Shown one piece after another: positions 18,500 through 19,415 of a DNA stretch of 19,415 nucleotides (position 1 is the first letter of the stretch; every line of letters begins with the position of its first letter). The notes beneath the pieces were generated by a model. That model did not search any database. It was not told where the DNA came from and saw only the letters and a program-made list of their open reading frames with translations. The stretch is from positions 1 to 19,415 of the forward strand of contig NW_021824248.1 of NCBI RefSeq assembly GCF_006345805.1, in the 5' to 3' direction. A program made the translations under genes and the position numbers. The stretch is from Octopus sinensis (taxonomy: Eukaryota).

Positions 18500-19265
18500 T
18501 CCTTTCTCTCTCTCCTTGCTCCTTTCTCTGGATTTACATACACACACATGCGTACACGTGCACACACGCCACATGCATACGACAGACACACACCCACCCA
18601 CACCTTTCTCTCTTTCTCTGGATTCACGTACACACACACATGCACACACGTGCACACACGCACACATGCATACATACTCATGCACACACAGACAGACACA
18701 CACACACACACACACTTTCTCTCTTTCTCTGGATTCACATACTCACACACATGCACACACGCACACATGCAATACATACTCATGCACACACACAGGACAC
18801 ACACATACACAAACACACACACATGCATAAACATATACATGCATACACGCCACAAGCATACACCCACCCATGCATACAGACACACAGATATACACACATG
18901 CTACCACATATACACAGGCACAGCATACACACACACATGTAAAGGCACTGACACATACACATGCATACACACACACATTCACAGGCACAGACACACACAC
19001 ACATGTACACAGTACACACCATACACACACAAGGCGGACACACCACACACACACAGACAACACACACACAATGCAATGCAACACACAATCACAGGCACCG
19101 ACACACACACACATACCACACACACACACATACACACACACACATCCCACACACACACTTTGTCACAGTACACAGTGACACACACACACACACCACACAC
19201 AGAAGGCAGACACATATACACACAGACACACATACACACACACAATCATCATCATCATCATCATA
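18500..19265. repeat. Degenerate (CA)-rich satellite with three anchored units of 90-111 bp, ending in (CAT)n
   Basis: CTTTCTCTGGATT anchors at 18522, 18612 and 18723. Confidence 0.9.
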
Positions 19266-19415
19266 TACCATCATCTTCAAATATGGTTCTTTCACGATGT
19301 CCATGCACCGAATGGCTCCACAGGATCTGAGTAATAAATTAAGCTGCAGAGAAAGTCCATCCACATTATAACCAAGGACCATTCTGTGCTATTTTTTCAA
19401 TCCCTGCTAAAATAT

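Noticed and set aside
17641-19382. Long ORFs (216-280 aa; YLSI- and HT-rich)
   Set aside because: They are translations of (GATA)n and (CA)n tracts, which lack stop codons in some frames; there is no protein signal.

Overview
This is eukaryotic, AT-rich, almost entirely repeat-derived DNA. The SINE families look like those of Octopus; that assignment is from recognition, not a database search. No host protein-coding exon can be supported, and nearly all ORFs in the track are microsatellite or SINE read-throughs. The window holds four tRNA/CORE/Nin/Meta-like SINE families, a 3' fragment of a CR1-clade LINE split by a TTAA piggyBac-like MITE, a decayed DD37D (maT) Tc1/mariner element, two Helentron/DINE-1-like elements and long (TA)n, (GATA)n and (CA)n tracts. 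Three things stand out. (1) Five short fold-back (palindromic) elements of Penelope-like pLTR type are present, with one intact minimal type-I hammerhead ribozyme (13836-13896, minus strand) and several truncated or decayed hammerheads; the stem-III palindrome covaries between two related copies. (2) A MITE-(spacer-MITE)x3 hAT array has inner and outer 8-bp target duplications and sits in the A-box of a SINE, which suggests a tandem array was transposed as one unit. (3) The LINE 3' end is homologous to the tail of the commonest SINE here, making it a candidate retrotransposition partner.
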